Source: Somniosus microcephalus (lineage: Eukaryota). From it: a stretch of 64,000 bases of DNA. The stretch is taken from positions 35,836,001 to 35,900,000 of the forward strand of contig JBMRGM010000040.1 of the NCBI GenBank assembly GCA_052327205.1. The letters are read 5' to 3'. The notes beneath the pieces are model-generated. The model did no database searches and was not told where the DNA came from. It worked only from the letters and a program-made list of their open reading frames with translations. Shown one piece after another: positions 1 through 12,774 of this stretch. How positions within the stretch are numbered: position 1 is the first letter of the stretch; each line of letters begins with the position of its first letter. The position numbers and the translations under genes are program-made.

Positions 1-19
1 GGGCCCACTCCACTACCCA

Positions 20-470
20 TAGGGCCATGACCATTCCTAACCTAGACTCATGTCCAAATTCCGGCCTGCTCCCCGTAACCCTTAATTCCCTTTACTTCTA
101 GGAAGCTATCTATTTCTGTTTTAAATTTATTTAATGATGTAGCTTCCACAGCTTTCTGGGGCAGCAAATTCCACAAACCCACCACCCTCTGAGTGAAGAT
201 GTTTCTCCTCATCTCAGTTTTGAAAGAGCAGCCCCTTATTTTAAGATTATGCCCCCTAGTTCTAGTTTCACCCATCATTGGGAACATCTCACCGCATCCA
301 CCCGATCAAGCCCCTTCATAATCTTATATGTTTCAATAAGATGGCCTCTCATTCTACTGAACTCCAATGAGTAGAGTCCCAATCTACTCAACCTCTCCTC
401 ATATGACCACCCCCTCATCCCCGGGATTAACCGAGTGAACCTTCTTTGTACAGACTCGAGAGCAAGTATG
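20..470 (-). mobile_element. CR1 LINE 3' fragment (RT C-terminus), right part; split by the Gypsy insertion
   Basis: Translations LESVQRRFTRLIPGM...YEERLSRLGLYSLE and TRGHNLKI...FTQRVVGLWN are typical CR1 ORF2 C-terminal motifs; the sequence resumes at 5439. Confidence 0.9.
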
Positions 471-787
471 TGTAAGGATCGGAACTCGGTGGACCCAACT
501 GCAGTAAGGCAAACTGAGACGAAGGTTAGGTTGTAAAACAAAGGTAGACTTTACTTGACTTAAAGAAAATAACAACAGCACAGAGTACAAGCCAGCAGGC
601 CAGCAAGAGGTATCACCAGGCAGTGCAACTCAAGACTGAGCAATGAACATAAAGTGAACACCACTTAAATAGTAGGCATCTAACAATGCACAGGTGAATA
701 CAATAATGAATAAAGAAGGACACAATTATGAGAGTTCATGGAGCCCCCTGGTGGCGAGGCGAGGCAGAATCTGGGTCATTCCTTACA
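471..787 (-). repeat. 3' LTR of sushi-like Gypsy
   Basis: Direct repeat of 5122-5438; TG...CA ends with terminal inverted repeat TGTAAGGA/TCCTTACA; adjacent to the PPT. Confidence 0.95.
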
Positions 788-3700
788 GGACCCCCCCCCC
801 TAGGAACGGCCCCTGACGTTCCCCCAGAATGTCCATGGTGACGACGAAAAAAATTCCGTACTAAATCGTGATCCAGGATGTCCCGGTCCGGGACCCAAGA
901 GCGTTCCTTCGGACCATATCCCTCCCAGTCCACCAGGAACTGGAGGCCCCCGCGAACACGGCGAGAGTCCATCAGGCGACGGACCGTGTAAGCAGGCTGG
1001 CCGTCGATGATGCGGGGAGCAGGAGGAGGCCTCGTGGCGGGTGCCAGGGAACTGCTGGCCACTGGCCGAAGCCGGGAGACATGGAAGGTAGGATGAATCC
1101 GAATGGAGCGGGGCAGCTGGAGACGGTAGGACTCTGGGTTGACGTTCCTCAACACCATGAAGGGACCGATGAAACGGGGCGCCAGCTTGCGGGACTCCAC
1201 TCGCAGCGGGAGATCCTGCGTAGAAAGCCAGACCCTCTGACCAGGACAGAATGAAGGAGCCGGTCTGCGCCGCTTGTTGGCCTGGATCTGCCATTGTCGA
1301 GAAGCTCGTTGTAAGGCCAGCCGCGCTGTCCTCCAGGTCCGCCGACAACGCTGGACAAACTTCTCCGCGGACGGAACCCCCACCTCGAGCTCCTGCTCTT
1401 GGAGCAGTGGAGGCTGAAGACCGAACTGGCACTCGAACGGCGATAGTCCTGTGGGGGAGCAGCGCAATGTGTTGTGCGTGTACTCAGCCCAGACGATGCG
1501 ACGACTCCAGGTCGCAGGGTTAGCGGACACGAGAAACCTCAGGGTCGTCTCCAGGTCTTTGTTGATCCGTTCTGTTTGGCCGTTCGACTCAGGGTGGAAA
1601 CCCGAGGAAAGACTGACAGTAGCTCCAATGAGCTTGTAGAAGGCACTCCAAAACCGGGAGACGAATTGTGGACCACGGTCAGAAACGATGTCAAGGGGTA
1701 AACCGAACAACCTGAAAACATGCTGGACCATGAGCTCGGCTGTCTCTTGGGCTGAGGGAAGCTTGGGCAAGGGCAGAAAACGACAGGCTTTGGAGAAGCG
1801 ATCTACGATGACCAGAATGACAGTGTTGCCTTGAGATGGTGGAAGGCCTGTGATGAAATCCACCTAGAGGTGTGACCAGGGGCGAAGGGGAATGGGGCGA
1901 GGATGGAGCAAACACTGGGGCCGAGATCGAGGGTTCTTGTTTCGTGCACAAATGGCACAAGCTGCCACGAACGCCTTTACGTCCTTCTCCGTGCTGGGCC
2001 ACCAGAACCGTCTGCGAAGAAACTCCAGCGTCCTGGATGCGCCTGGATGACCGGTGAGTCGCGACGAATGCCCCCCTGCAGGACTTGTGAGCGAGTCGTG
2101 TTGGGGACAAAAAGGCGACCGGGTGGGCCGTTGCCAGGGTCTGCCTCCCTCTGTTGCGCCTTTCTGACCAGCGTCTCGATCCCCCAGCAAACCAGTGCTA
2201 CAATTCGAGAAGTAGAAATAATAGATTCTGGTTGTCTCTCCCGCTCGGGTGGATCAAATTGCCTGGAGAGAGCATCAGGCTTGAGATTCTTGGAACATGG
2301 ACGATATGACAGGACGAAGTCAAAACGATTTAAAAACAGTGCCCAGCGAGCTTGACGAGAGTTAAGTCGTTTGGCCTCCTGGATATAGGCCAGATTCTTA
2401 TTGTCAGTCCAGACAATGAACGGGTGTTTAGACCCCTCCAACCAATGTCTCCACTCCTCCAGTGCCAACTTAACTGCAAGTAATTCCCTGTTCCCAATAT
2501 CGTAGTTTCGTTCAGCGGAAGTGAGTCGGCGAGAGAAAAAGGCGCAAGGGTGCAATTTGTTGTCGTTAGACCGTTGGGATAAATCGGCGCCCACTCCTAT
2601 ATCCGAGGCATCCACCTCGACAATGAAGGGGAGTGAGGGATCCGGAATCACGATGACAGGAGCAGACGTGATGCGTCGCTTGAGATCCTCGAAAGCCTGC
2701 GCAGCCTCAGCGGACCAACTGAACCGGGTAGAGGCGGTCTTGCTGAGGGTGTTAAGAGGGGCAGCAATGGTGCCGAAGTTTCTGATGAATCTCCGATAGA
2801 AGTTAGCAAACCCCAAGAAACGTTGCCCCTGTTTGAGAGAGGTGGGTGGTGGCCAATCTCGGACAGCTTGAATCTTGCCAGGGTCCATTTGGATGTTGCC
2901 GCTGGAGATGAACAAGCCCAGAAATAAAACCGTGGAAACGTGAAATTCACACTTCTCCACTTTGACAAACAAGAGGTTGTTAAACAAAAGTTGCAGGACT
3001 TGTCTTACATGCTGGACATGATCGTGAAGAGTTTTGGAGAAAATGAGAATGTCATCCAGGTAGACAAAAACAAAGCGATTCTGCATGTCTCGGAGAACGT
3101 CGTTGATGAGCGCGTGGAACACAGCAGGAGCGTTGGTCAATCCAAAAGGCAGAACCAGGTACTCGTAGTGCCCAGTAGGTGTGTTGAACGCCGTCTTCCA
3201 CTCGTCCCCTTCGCGGACGCGGATGAGGTTGTAGGCGTTGCGGAGGTCCAATTTTGTGAAGACCGGGCTCCCTGAAGTAGCTCGAAGGCCGTCGACATGA
3301 GTGGAAGAGGATAACGGTTCTTTATAGTAATCCGGTTAAGGCCACGGTAGTCGATGCAGGGACGGAGACCTCCATCTTTCTTACTCACGAAGAAAAAACC
3401 GGCACCAGCAGGAGAGGTGGACGGACGGATGAAGCCAGCGGCGAAGGCGTCACGGATGTACTCCTCCATCGCAGCGGTCTCAGGAGCAGATAGGGAAAAG
3501 ATCCTACCCCTAGGTGGGCATGTCCCAGGCAGGAGGTCAACGGCACAGTCATATGGCCTATGAGGGGGAAGTGATGTGGCTCGAGCCTTACTGAAGACCT
3601 CCTTTAGATTCTCATACTCAGGTGGCACTCGGGACAATTCAGAGCGTGATGGGGACTCCTGGGGCTGGGAAGGAGACTTGGCACGAAGACAGGTAGTATG

Positions 3701-4140
3701 GCAGGCGGAGCCCCATTCCGTAAGCCGGCCGGTGGCCCAATCCAAGCGAGGATTATGGCAGGCCAACCAAGGATAACCCAGAATTAATGGAAACTGGGAA
3801 GAGTGGATAAGGGAGAATTGGATGGTCTCGAAATGTTGTCCTTCCACGTCCAAACACAGGGGGGCAGTATGATGGTGAATGGTTCCAGAGCCCAGGGGTC
3901 TTCCATCCAGGGCAACAACAGTGAGGGGGTGATCAGGATGGGTCAGGGGAATCTTGAGCTGTTTAGCTAACGCCAGATCTATGAAGTTACCATCAGACCC
4001 CGAATCCACCAGGGCCTTAAGATCATGTTGTTGATTGCCCCAGAAAAGGGAGGATGCCAGCAAAACCCTAGAAACAGTGGTGTCGGAAGGGATGGTTACG
4101 CTCGTCTCAGGTCCCTCCGTCCTGGACGAGCCCTGGCTGT
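736..4140 (-). pseudogene. pol: pol of sushi-like Gypsy (protease, RT, RNase H, integrase, chromodomain)
   Basis: [11 protein letters not shown] protease; CIDYRGLN and [10 protein letters not shown]; VEVDASDIG RNase H; DFITGLP...SDRGPQF...GQTER integrase; [11 protein letters not shown]...FLVDWEGY chromodomain. Broken by frameshifts near 3270 and 2070 and a stop at 1864-1866. Confidence 0.92.
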
Positions 4141-5103
4141 TCCCACCAACTCTGGACAGGAAGAGCGAAAGTGGCCAGTTTCCCCACAATAGAGGCAAGA
4201 TCCCTCTCTCATTCGGCAATCACGTTCGGGCTGCGAGAGGCGGGTTACTCCCACCCGCATGGGCTCCTCTGGATCGGTCAAAGATGGACTCGGGATGGCT
4301 CGAAGGTTCTCAGATGGCTTCGAAGCAGGAAAGGCTCTGGTCTCTGGAAGCGGGGTGCAAAAGGAGTGGCGTTCTCTTCGCCTCTCACGCAGACGATTAT
4401 CCACATGAATGGAGATATCAAAGAGAGACTCCAAATCACTCACCGGACCTCTGGATGCCAGTTTGTCCTTGATCTCATCCGTGAGACCGTGGCAAAAAGT
4501 AGCGATGAGCGCCTCCGAATCCCATTGGCTCTCTGCAGCGAGAGTGCGAAACTCAATTGCGTAGTCCGCAATGCTACGAACCCCCTGGCGAAGCCGAAGC
4601 AGTTTGTTCGATGCCTCTCTCCCACTGACAGGGTGATCAAAAACCCTTCTCATTTCTTCCGAGAAAAGTTGGTAGTTTGAACATGCCAGAATTTGCTGTT
4701 CCCAGACGGCCGTAGCCCAGGTAAGTGCCTTGACTGTGAGTAGCGAAATGATGTAGGCCACTCGGGAACAGTCACTGGGAAATAATGAACTCTGCAGTTG
4801 GAAAGCCAGGGAACACTGGGTTAGGAAACCTCGACATCCTCCTGGATTACCATCGTAGCGCTCGGGTGCAGGTAATCGGGGTTCTTTCAGAGGGAAAGGC
4901 GCAACCGTAGGAGCGGGTAACGGTGCTGGAGCAGCTTGGATCACCTGATTCTGGTTCTGGCTCCGATAAAAAGCAATGACGAGGGCCTCCAGCTGATTCT
5001 GGCTTCGGGAGAATGCCGTGGCGAGGCACCGCAGTTCGCTCAAGATCAGTTGTAGCTGTTCAGAAATTTTTCTTAGCCATTGGTCCTTCTCTGCTGGGTC
5101 CAT
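4096..5103 (-). CDS. gag: gag of sushi-like Gypsy (PEG10/RTL-like capsid plus CCHC zinc knuckle)
   Basis: Open frame from ATG at 5103 (MDPAEK...). [18 protein letters not shown] and [19 protein letters not shown] capsid motifs; [14 protein letters not shown] knuckle. Confidence 0.88.
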   Translation of the reverse strand: MDPAEKDQWLRKISEQLQLILSELRCLATAFSRSQNQLEALVIAFYRSQNQNQVIQAAPAPLPAPTVAPFPLKEPRLPAPERYDGNPGGCRGFLTQCSLAFQLQSSLFPSDCSRVAYIISLLTVKALTWATAVWEQQILACSNYQLFSEEMRRVFDHPVSGREASNKLLRLRQGVRSIADYAIEFRTLAAESQWDSEALIATFCHGLTDEIKDKLASRGPVSDLESLFDISIHVDNRLRERRRERHSFCTPLPETRAFPASKPSENLRAIPSPSLTDPEEPMRVGVTRLSQPERDCRMREGSCLYCGETGHFRSSCPELVGTARARPGRRDLRRA

Positions 5104-5121
5104 GTTTTGGCTCAGTCTTGC

Positions 5122-5438
5122 TGTAAGGACCGGAACTCGGTGGACCCAACTGCAGTAAGGCAAACTGAGACGAAGGTTAGGTTGTAAAACAAAGGTAGAC
5201 TTTACTTGACATAAACAAATTAACAACAGCACAGAATACAAGCCAGCAGGCCAGCAAGAGGTATCACCAGGCAGTGCAACTCAAGACTGAGCAATGAACG
5301 TAAAGTGAACACCACTTAAATAGTAGGCATCTAACAATGCACAGGTGAATACAATAATGAATAAAGAAGGACACAATTATGAGAGTTCATGGAGCCCCCT
5401 GGTGGCGAGGCGAGGCAGAATCTGGGTCATTCCTTACG
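5122..5438 (-). repeat. 5' LTR of sushi-like Gypsy
   Basis: Direct repeat of 471-787; minus-strand TATTTAA at 5322-5316; immediately upstream of gag. Confidence 0.95.
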
Positions 5439-5741
5439 GTATATCTTTTCTTAAGTATGGACACCAAAACTGTATGCAGTATTCCAGGTGCGGTCTCACC
5501 AATATCTTGTACAACTGCAGCAATACCTCCCTGTTTTTATATTCCATCCCCCTAGCAATAAAAGCCAACATTCCATTGGCCTTCTTGATCACTTGCTGCA
5601 CCTGCATACTAACTTTTTGAGTTTCGTGCACCAGGACCCCCAGATCCCTTTGTACTACAGTACTTTCCAGTTTCTTGCCATTAAGATAATAACTTGCTCT
5701 GTGATTTTTCCTGCCAAAGTGCATAACCTCACACTTTCCAG
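5439..5741 (-). mobile_element. CR1 LINE fragment, left part of the element split by the Gypsy
   Basis: MHFGRKN...QRDLGVLV...VRPHLEYCIQFWCPYLRKDI joins the 20-470 piece (RKDI|LALESVQ) across the TSD. Confidence 0.9.
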
Positions 5742-7350
5742 AATTTGGCTATCGCCCCAGTTATTGCCCTCTTTAGGCGCTAATTCCTGGTGCATCCAAC
5801 CCAATTCTAGGCCATATAGCCGCTTTTGGGGCGCTAGTCCTGGCGATGTGCAAAGTTTGGCGCCAGGCGCAATTTAGCGCCACCTAGTGCGATATTGGGT
5901 CGTTGCGCCCCTGAAGTTGATTGCGGCACTAAATCAAGCACTGCACGAGGCTCCTAAGGTGCTAACCCGGCGGTGCAACCCAAATTTGCGGCGATGGTGC
6001 GCAGTGCAGGTGCTGTCAATAATCACTTTCCCCCAGACACAGTGGTGCCGGACAACTATTAAAGGGGCGGCTCAATTTGCCACTGGCACAGAGGATAGCC
6101 CTTGTTCCCTAGAAGCCAGCCTCCTGTGTGAGTCAGGGCCTCAAAAAGGTCTGCTGCCGAAGTCTGGCGCAGGATGAAGGCGTCATGGTTGCTGCCTGGG
6201 AACTGCGCATTCACTGTGAGGATCAGCTGTCAGTGGTCACAGACCAGCTGCACATTCAAGGAATGGAACACCTTGCGGCTGCGGAACTCCTCCGAATTGA
6301 ATGCAGGTGCCTGCAAAGCCACGTGCGTGCAGTCAATGGCACCCTGCACCATTGAGAAGTCTGCTATTGCAGCGAAGCCCTCTGCGCGCTCCCACTGCTT
6401 GTCCGGGGTCATTTTGAAGGAGATGTAATGCCGCCTCCTTTTAAACAGGGCATCAGTCACTTGACGGATGTAGCAATGCACCACAAACTGCGAGATGCTG
6501 GTTATGTCCCCAGATGCAGCCTGAAAAGCGCCGCTCGCGTAGAAGTTCAGGGCAACAGTCATCTTCACAGCCACCGACAGAGATGTCCTGCACCTTATCT
6601 GAGGCTGCAGTTCTGCCTGAAGCAGGTCGCACAGCACATTCACAACCTCCTTTCTAAATCGCAACCTTCTGAATCACTGCTCTTCCAACATGTTCATGTA
6701 GGAAAACTGCTGTCGGAAAACACTGCCAGTGTAAAATCTGGTTTGGCGACGTCTGTTGGCCGTCCTCCCTCTGGCCATGCCTGCCCCTCTCTCCCTGCGT
6801 CTCCGTGCCCTTTCCAGATGATTCAGCAGCAGGACGCTCCCCTCCAATGCAGCCCCCAAATAAGTGCGCACAGGAAGTTTTCCCGTTGTAAATGCACACC
6901 AACAGCAAGGTGATGGTCAGAAGGCTGAAGTTCCTCTGCCTGCGCGGACTCAGTGGCGAAAAGGCTCTCTGTGTGCAGCTCAGCAACTCTCTGTTGCTCT
7001 CGAAGAAGTTGTGCTCCAAAAATGGCTGCCGCTTTTAAACCACACCAGTCCACTTTAAATAACGCACCCCCAGGCTGAGAGCGACCGGGTAAGGCTCCAG
7101 GTAAGCTGTCACTGTAAGTGCCAGGCCCTATGGAGTGGAGCACCACTGAATTCCTGGTCTGGGGTGCCCAAAAGGCGTTGCACACTCAAATGACGCTATA
7201 ATCTGCCTGTGCCCATGAGCGGGAGCTACGATTTAGCACCGGCGCTAAATGGATGCTCAATTTGGGGCGAGGCACTAAGCTCCTTGCACCCAGCCGGAAC
7301 TTGGCTAGCGCCCCATTTTTGGCCTCTTTAGGCGTTAATCCTCATGTGGG
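5742..7350 (-). mobile_element. PIF/Harbinger DNA transposon remnant with partial HARBI1-like transposase
   Basis: ORF 6230-6664: ALNFYASGAFQ...GAIDCTHVAL...RKVFHSLNVQLVCD (Harbinger-type DDE nuclease). GC-rich flanks carry repeated TTAGCGCC/GGCGCTAA motifs. Exact ends are uncertain. Confidence 0.8.
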
Positions 7351-7389
7351 AATCTCGAACTTGGGTGCATCTCTTCAGGATAAGGGGGT

Positions 7390-8330
7390 CACCCATTTAA
7401 ATTTCATTTGACAAATGTCTGCCTATTTCTCTAGTCTGCCTAGTCCTTCCAATGCGCACTACCCTCCAGTGTGAAGAATAACCATTCACCACTACTCTTT
7501 GCTTTCTGTTCCTTAATCAATTTTATATCCATGCAGCCTGTTCCCAAGTTTATCCTCAATTTTTCTAAACAGTCTATTATGTGAAATTTTATCCATTGCT
7601 TCATGGAAGTCCATATACACAACATCAACCGCACTACCCTCATCAACCTTTACCGTGTCTTCATCAAATACCTCAATGAACTTAGTGAAACACGGCTTGG
7701 CTTTAAAAAATCCCTGCTGTCTTTCATTTATTGACCCGTATTTTTCCAAATGCCAATGCGTTTTGTCACTGATTAATGTCTCTAAATCTTACCCACCACT
7801 AACGTTAGGCTACATGGACTGCAATTACTATGTTTATCAGTCTCCCCTTTTTGAAACATGTGTGTAACAATTGCAATCCTCCAATGCTCTAGCACCACTC
7901 CCATATCCAAGGAAGATCGGAAGCTTGTGGCCAAAGTCTGCACAAGTTTCACCTTTACTTCCCTCAGAAACATAGGATGCATCCTATCTAGACCGGGTGA
8001 CTTTGCTACTTTGAGCACTGCCAACCTTGTAATTGTCTTCTCTTAATATATTTTATCGAATCCCATTTCTCTACTACCTCCTCCAGCACTGTGACATTGT
8101 CAGCATCCTCTTCTGTAGTGAAAACAAAAGCATGCCCTCTTTTTTAACCCTAACCGGCCAACCCTGCTTTTCACTACCCTTTTACTATCTATATGTTTAT
8201 AAAATATTTTTGGGTCTGCTTTTATGTTAGCCGCTAATTTATTTTCATAAACTCTCTTTTACCCCCCGTTCTCCTGTCTACTTTTAGTATACTGCTTGGT
8301 TCTAGATTGAATTATGAAGCTGTCGTTTAG
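7390..8330 (-). mobile_element. Old degraded CR1 LINE RT fragment
   Basis: KSPGLDRMHP, QQGFFKAKPCFTKFIEVF and VDVVYMDFHEAMDK motifs in broken frames. Confidence 0.8.
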
Positions 8331-9342
8331 CATAAACTTCGTTCTTTCTGTTTCATTTTAATGTTTATATCTCTAGTCATCCAGATGAGTTCGAGCTTTG
8401 GATGCTATTTTTTTCTATTTTTGTGAATGGGATCATTGACTGAAATAATCTGTTACACACTCTACTGATGTTTCTCCCTGGGGTTGTAATTTTTACATAT
8501 GTCAATACACACATACACACAAATATAGTTATGGATTAATCTATCAATCTGTGTCTCCTTGTTTCAATTAGGAAGACGATTGTCCAATCCCGAAATAATT
8601 ACCCTTATTCTTTCTGACCTGTTGTGTATTTCCAGCAGTTTTGGGGGTTTATTTCACGTTGACTTTGTTTTGTTTGTTGTTATAGTCCAGTTTATTAAAA
8701 CACCGGAAAGGTAAGAGTACATTACGATTTATTACAGAATACAGCAGGTCACTGGGAATGTTACACTTTGTACAGGTCAGCTGGTAAACCTACTGCAGTA
8801 AGTGATGGACAGGGTCAGCTTAGCAGACTGGGTGATTTCATTATGCAGCTTCCAGGCATCACCTTTAGAACTGTCAAAATTAAACCCAACAGTGTATTAT
8901 CCCAGAACATACATTAACTGGCCCGCCTGCTTCACCTGCTGCTGTTCTGCTAGTCTGCACTCCCACACTCCAGGCTGATTACAATGAGAGTTTGAAAAGC
9001 ATTATCTAGTGTTTTATGTGTTTTAATCTCACTCCTGTCTCTACCGACCTGTTTGTATTTGTGTCTGTCTGTCTTTCATCGTCTCTGTCTCTCTGTTGTA
9101 TAACTGTTAATCTCAGTCTGCTTCTCTCTCATTTTTCAATTTTCTTTTAATTTCTGTCTATCGCTTTCTCATTTCTCTTTTTATGGCAGCCTTTGCTTTC
9201 TCTTTCCCTCTCTCTATCTCACTCTGTATATCTATGCTGCTGCATGCCTTCATAGAATCTTATTGCATAGAAGTCAGCCGTTCGGCCCATACTGCCTCTG
9301 CCGGCCCTGTGAAGAACTCTCCAATTGTCCCACTCCTCGATA

Positions 9343-10365
9343 GCAAAATACTGCAGATGCTGGAAATCCGAAATAACAACAGAAAATGCTGGAACAATTC
9401 ACCAGGTCAGGCAACATCCGTGGAGATAAATTTGAGTTGATGTTTCGGGTCGAAACCCTTCTTCAAAACTGAAAGAAAATAAAATAGACCGAAGGCAGGG
9501 CTGCGATCAGACAACAGAAGTAAAAGTGACAATAAAAGGTATTTGAAACCAGATGAGATGGTAATAGGCTGAGATTAGGTGTGAAGTGTACTGTCAGGAT
9601 AAGAGATAGCTGCCAGGTGGTTGAGGGAAACAAAAGGAAAGGGGGGGGGAGGAAAGGATGACCCAAAACAAAGGGGTGGAAAAATTTTTAAGTAAAAAAG
9701 TAATAGGGGCCGAGGTAATGACCTGAAATTGTTGAACTCGATATTGAGTCCGGAAGGCTGCCAAGTGCCAAATCGGAAGATGAGGAGCTCTTCCTCGAGT
9801 TTACATTGAGCTTCCGTGGAACAATACAAGAGGCCAAGGAGGGTGAGGTCCGAGTGGGAATGGAGCGGTGAATTAAAATGACAGGCGACCGGAAGCTCGG
9901 GGTCACCCTTACAGACTGAACGGAGGTGTGCCGCAAAGCAGTCACCCAATCTGGGTTTGGTCTCCCCAATGTAGAGGAGACCACATCGTGAGCAGCGAAT
10001 ACAGTATACTAGACTGCAAGAAGTACAAGTAAATCGCTGTTTCACCTGAAAGGGGTGTTTGGGGCCCTGGACAGTGGGAAGGGGGGTGGTATAGGGGCCG
10101 GTGTTACATCTCCTGCGCTTGCACGGGAAGGTGCCAGGCGAAGGGGAAGGGCTGTTTGGGTTGATAGTGGAGTGGACCACGGTGTCTCGGAGGGAGCGTT
10201 CCCTATGGAATGCTTAAAGGGGAGGGGAAGATGCGTTTGGAGGTGGGATTATTTTGGAGGCAGCGGAAATCACTACAAGCCCACTGACTCCCAAAGCTCC
10301 TTGGACTACACTTCCTCCCACCCCGCCTCCTGTAAGGACTCTATTCCATTCTTCCAGTTTCTCTG
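9343..10365 (-). mobile_element. Penelope-like element fragment (GIY-YIG endonuclease)
   Basis: ORF 9575-10180: VYCIRCSRCGLLYIGETK...AHLRSV...VACHFN. A short RT-thumb piece (YKPTDS...LDYTSSHPASCKDSIPF) at ~10270-10363 lies on the opposite strand. Confidence 0.85.
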
Positions 10366-10870
10366 AATTTCTAGCCCTGATAGTTTTGTCAAACGAGATT
10401 TCCCTTTCATAAAACCGTGTGGAAGCTGCCTTATCACATTTTAATTTTCCAAGTGCCCTGTTACAACGTCCTTAATACCAGATTCTAGCAATTTCCCTAT
10501 TATTGATGTCAGGCTAACTGGCCTTAAGATCCTTGTTTTCCGTCTCTCCTTTTGTTACAGTTTGGTTACATTTGCTACCTTCCAATCCTCGAGCATCTTT
10601 CTAGAACCTAGGGATTTCTGGAACATCAAAACCAATGCATCAACTAACTCTGCAGCCTCCCATTTTTAAACCCAAGGATATAAGCCTCCAGGTCCAGAAG
10701 ATTTGTCATCTTTTAGTCCCATTAATTTCTCTATTACCTTTCATTTACTAATATTAATTACTTTAAATTCCTCACCCTCGTTAGACCCTTTGTTCCCCAC
10801 AATTTCCTTTGTGTTTTTGTGTCTTCTACTGTGAAGGCAGAAACAACATATTTGTTTAAAATATCTCTCT
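10366..10870 (-). mobile_element. Old CR1 LINE RT fragment
   Basis: Nucleotide similarity to the reverse complement of CR1 ORF2 (gatgtcaggctaactggcc; ccaggtccagaagatttgtc). Confidence 0.65.
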
Positions 10871-11540
10871 TTGTAATTTCCCCTGCGTGTCTGTTTGATT
10901 CCTGTATAACTTTCCGTCTGCCTCTCAGTTTATTTCTCCATGTGTCTAAAAATTTAACTCAACTTTCTCTTTCTCACAAATTCCATCTTTCTCTTAATCT
11001 GTGTTATACGTTTTTTGTTCTTTAATATACACATGTGCCTTTCCTGTTGATGGTGTTCCCACTTGTATTTTTTTCTAATCCTATTTTTCTCTTTCTATTT
11101 TTCTCCAGCTCATCTTTTACCGGTTTCTCTCTCTGCCTTCTCAGTCTTTCTACCCATTAATTTCTCACTCTCTCCCTCCTTTGGTATATTTCGTTTTCTC
11201 TCTTTTCTCTCTCTATCCATTTCACCATCAGCAGCTCATACTCTTTTCTTCTTTACATAGTTCGATTGGTCTCTTTCTTTAACTTGTCTTCTCTGCCACT
11301 CTACGCTCTGTAATCACTTTCACTTTCTGTTTCTCTAAATTTCCTTTCTGCCTCTCTCTTCGCTTCATAGTCCTGATCTCTGTTTCTCTCTCTGCTTGCG
11401 AATCTCACTATCTCTCATTTCCAGTTGCTTCCTGCCTCTATCTGTATGTTCATCTCTTTAAGTAACTCTCTCTCTCTCACTGTCTTTGCCGTCCTCTATC
11501 TATCGCTCTATCTATCTATGTCTTTCTGTCTCTCCGTTTA
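10870..11540. repeat. CT-rich low-complexity tract
   Basis: Degenerate (CT)n/(TCTT)n, strongly pyrimidine-biased on the + strand. Confidence 0.7.
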
Positions 11541-11869
11541 TGTGGAGTGCTCCCAATCTGAGCAGGCCCACAGCAGCGACTGTGATTGGTGGGTTTGCCC
11601 ATTGTGCTGCCGGTGCAGGGCGGGCCATTTACCAGAAGTCCCGCTGAGCTCTTTAGTGCCGCCTTTTAGAGCAACAATTCAGGTGACGTCTGCAGGTCAC
11701 CTGACCTATTGTCGCCTCAATATGTCAGATCATCAATACAATGTAATATCACGTTTAAGATAATGTCTGGGCTCTCTGCTGCTAATGTAAAATTATATTT
11801 CTGCCCAGTGTGAAATGGGGTAAATGGGGGATGAAATGGGATTGTGTTGTAGTGCTTGAAAGCCTTCAG

Positions 11870-12774
11870 CTATGACTTAACTAATTTAATAATTAGATTG
11901 AGTGGGTATTTCACTGCATTCCTCAGCTCCTCTCTGAATTTAGTCTGGGTCACAGCGTAAATACACGTGTTGGTGCAGGAACTCAGAAGCTGCAGCATTG
12001 TTGCTGTGTGTTCTGTGATATAATGAGGGTCAGTGGTGGAGTAATAAAGCCGAATATCTGCAATTCGCGCATAAAGTTTATAGAAAACCAGGACCACCCA
12101 TAACAATATAAAACTGCCAGATAAACTGAAGAGTAAAACGATGGATTTCCTTCGATTCTCCATCTCTGGGTCCTTGTGATTCTCTCCATCGCTGCGGCCC
12201 CGCAGTCGCCTGCGGACTCTACTGGCCGCTAAAATACGTCTGACCGTCAGAGCATTGAGCAGCAAAATCAGAAAGAACGGGACACAAGGGGTTAAAATCA
12301 GGTGAAACAACTCATAGACTCCCCATAATGGGGAAGTAAAGAAGCTCAGTTTAGGGTTACATCCCCAGGGAACATCATCAATTATATGCTTAGGTTCATA
12401 TGCAAAGTACCAGGGGACAGACTCTAAACAGCCCAGCACACTCACTGTTCCGATAACCACAGCCGCCGTTTTCTCGGTGCAATATTTTGTTTTCAGCTGC
12501 TCACAACAAATGGCCACAAATCGATCAAAGGTGAAAGCGACTGTGAGCCACACAGAAACCACCGTGGACGCAGAAATCAGGAGGTAAATGAGACTACACA
12601 CGGAAGTAATGTGCAGGAATATATCTGGGAAATAGATCTGACCAATCCAACTCAATATGGGATCAGAGATGACGACCAGGAGATCGGCCGCGGCCATTCC
12701 CACCAGGTAGCGAGTGATGCATTTGGAGAGACCGCACTTTCCTCGGGACAGGATCACAATCGCCACCAGGTTAA
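11870..12774 (-). CDS. Class A orphan GPCR, GPR139/GPR142-like, coding exon 2
   Basis: Hydrophobic 7TM pattern; MAAADLLV (TM2), FTFDRFVAIC (DRY variant), SSCTNTCIY (NPxxY variant), TKFREEL helix 8. Polypyrimidine tract plus TACAG acceptor at 12775; phase 1. Confidence 0.9.

Larger units (their letters stand above)
471..5438 (-). mobile_element. Full-length Ty3/Gypsy chromovirus (sushi/PEG10-like) LTR retrotransposon, pol disrupted
   Basis: 317-bp LTRs at 471-787 and 5122-5438 (TGTAAGGA...TCCTTAC[A/G], about 7 differences by eye). 5-bp TSD GTATG/GTATA. G-rich PPT at 788-800 on the minus strand. gag-PR-RT-RH-IN-chromodomain order. Confidence 0.95.

Noticed and set aside
6230-6871. Host HARBI1 gene
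   Set aside because: Truncated after the first catalytic region, contains a stop, and is embedded in transposon-like subterminal repeats.
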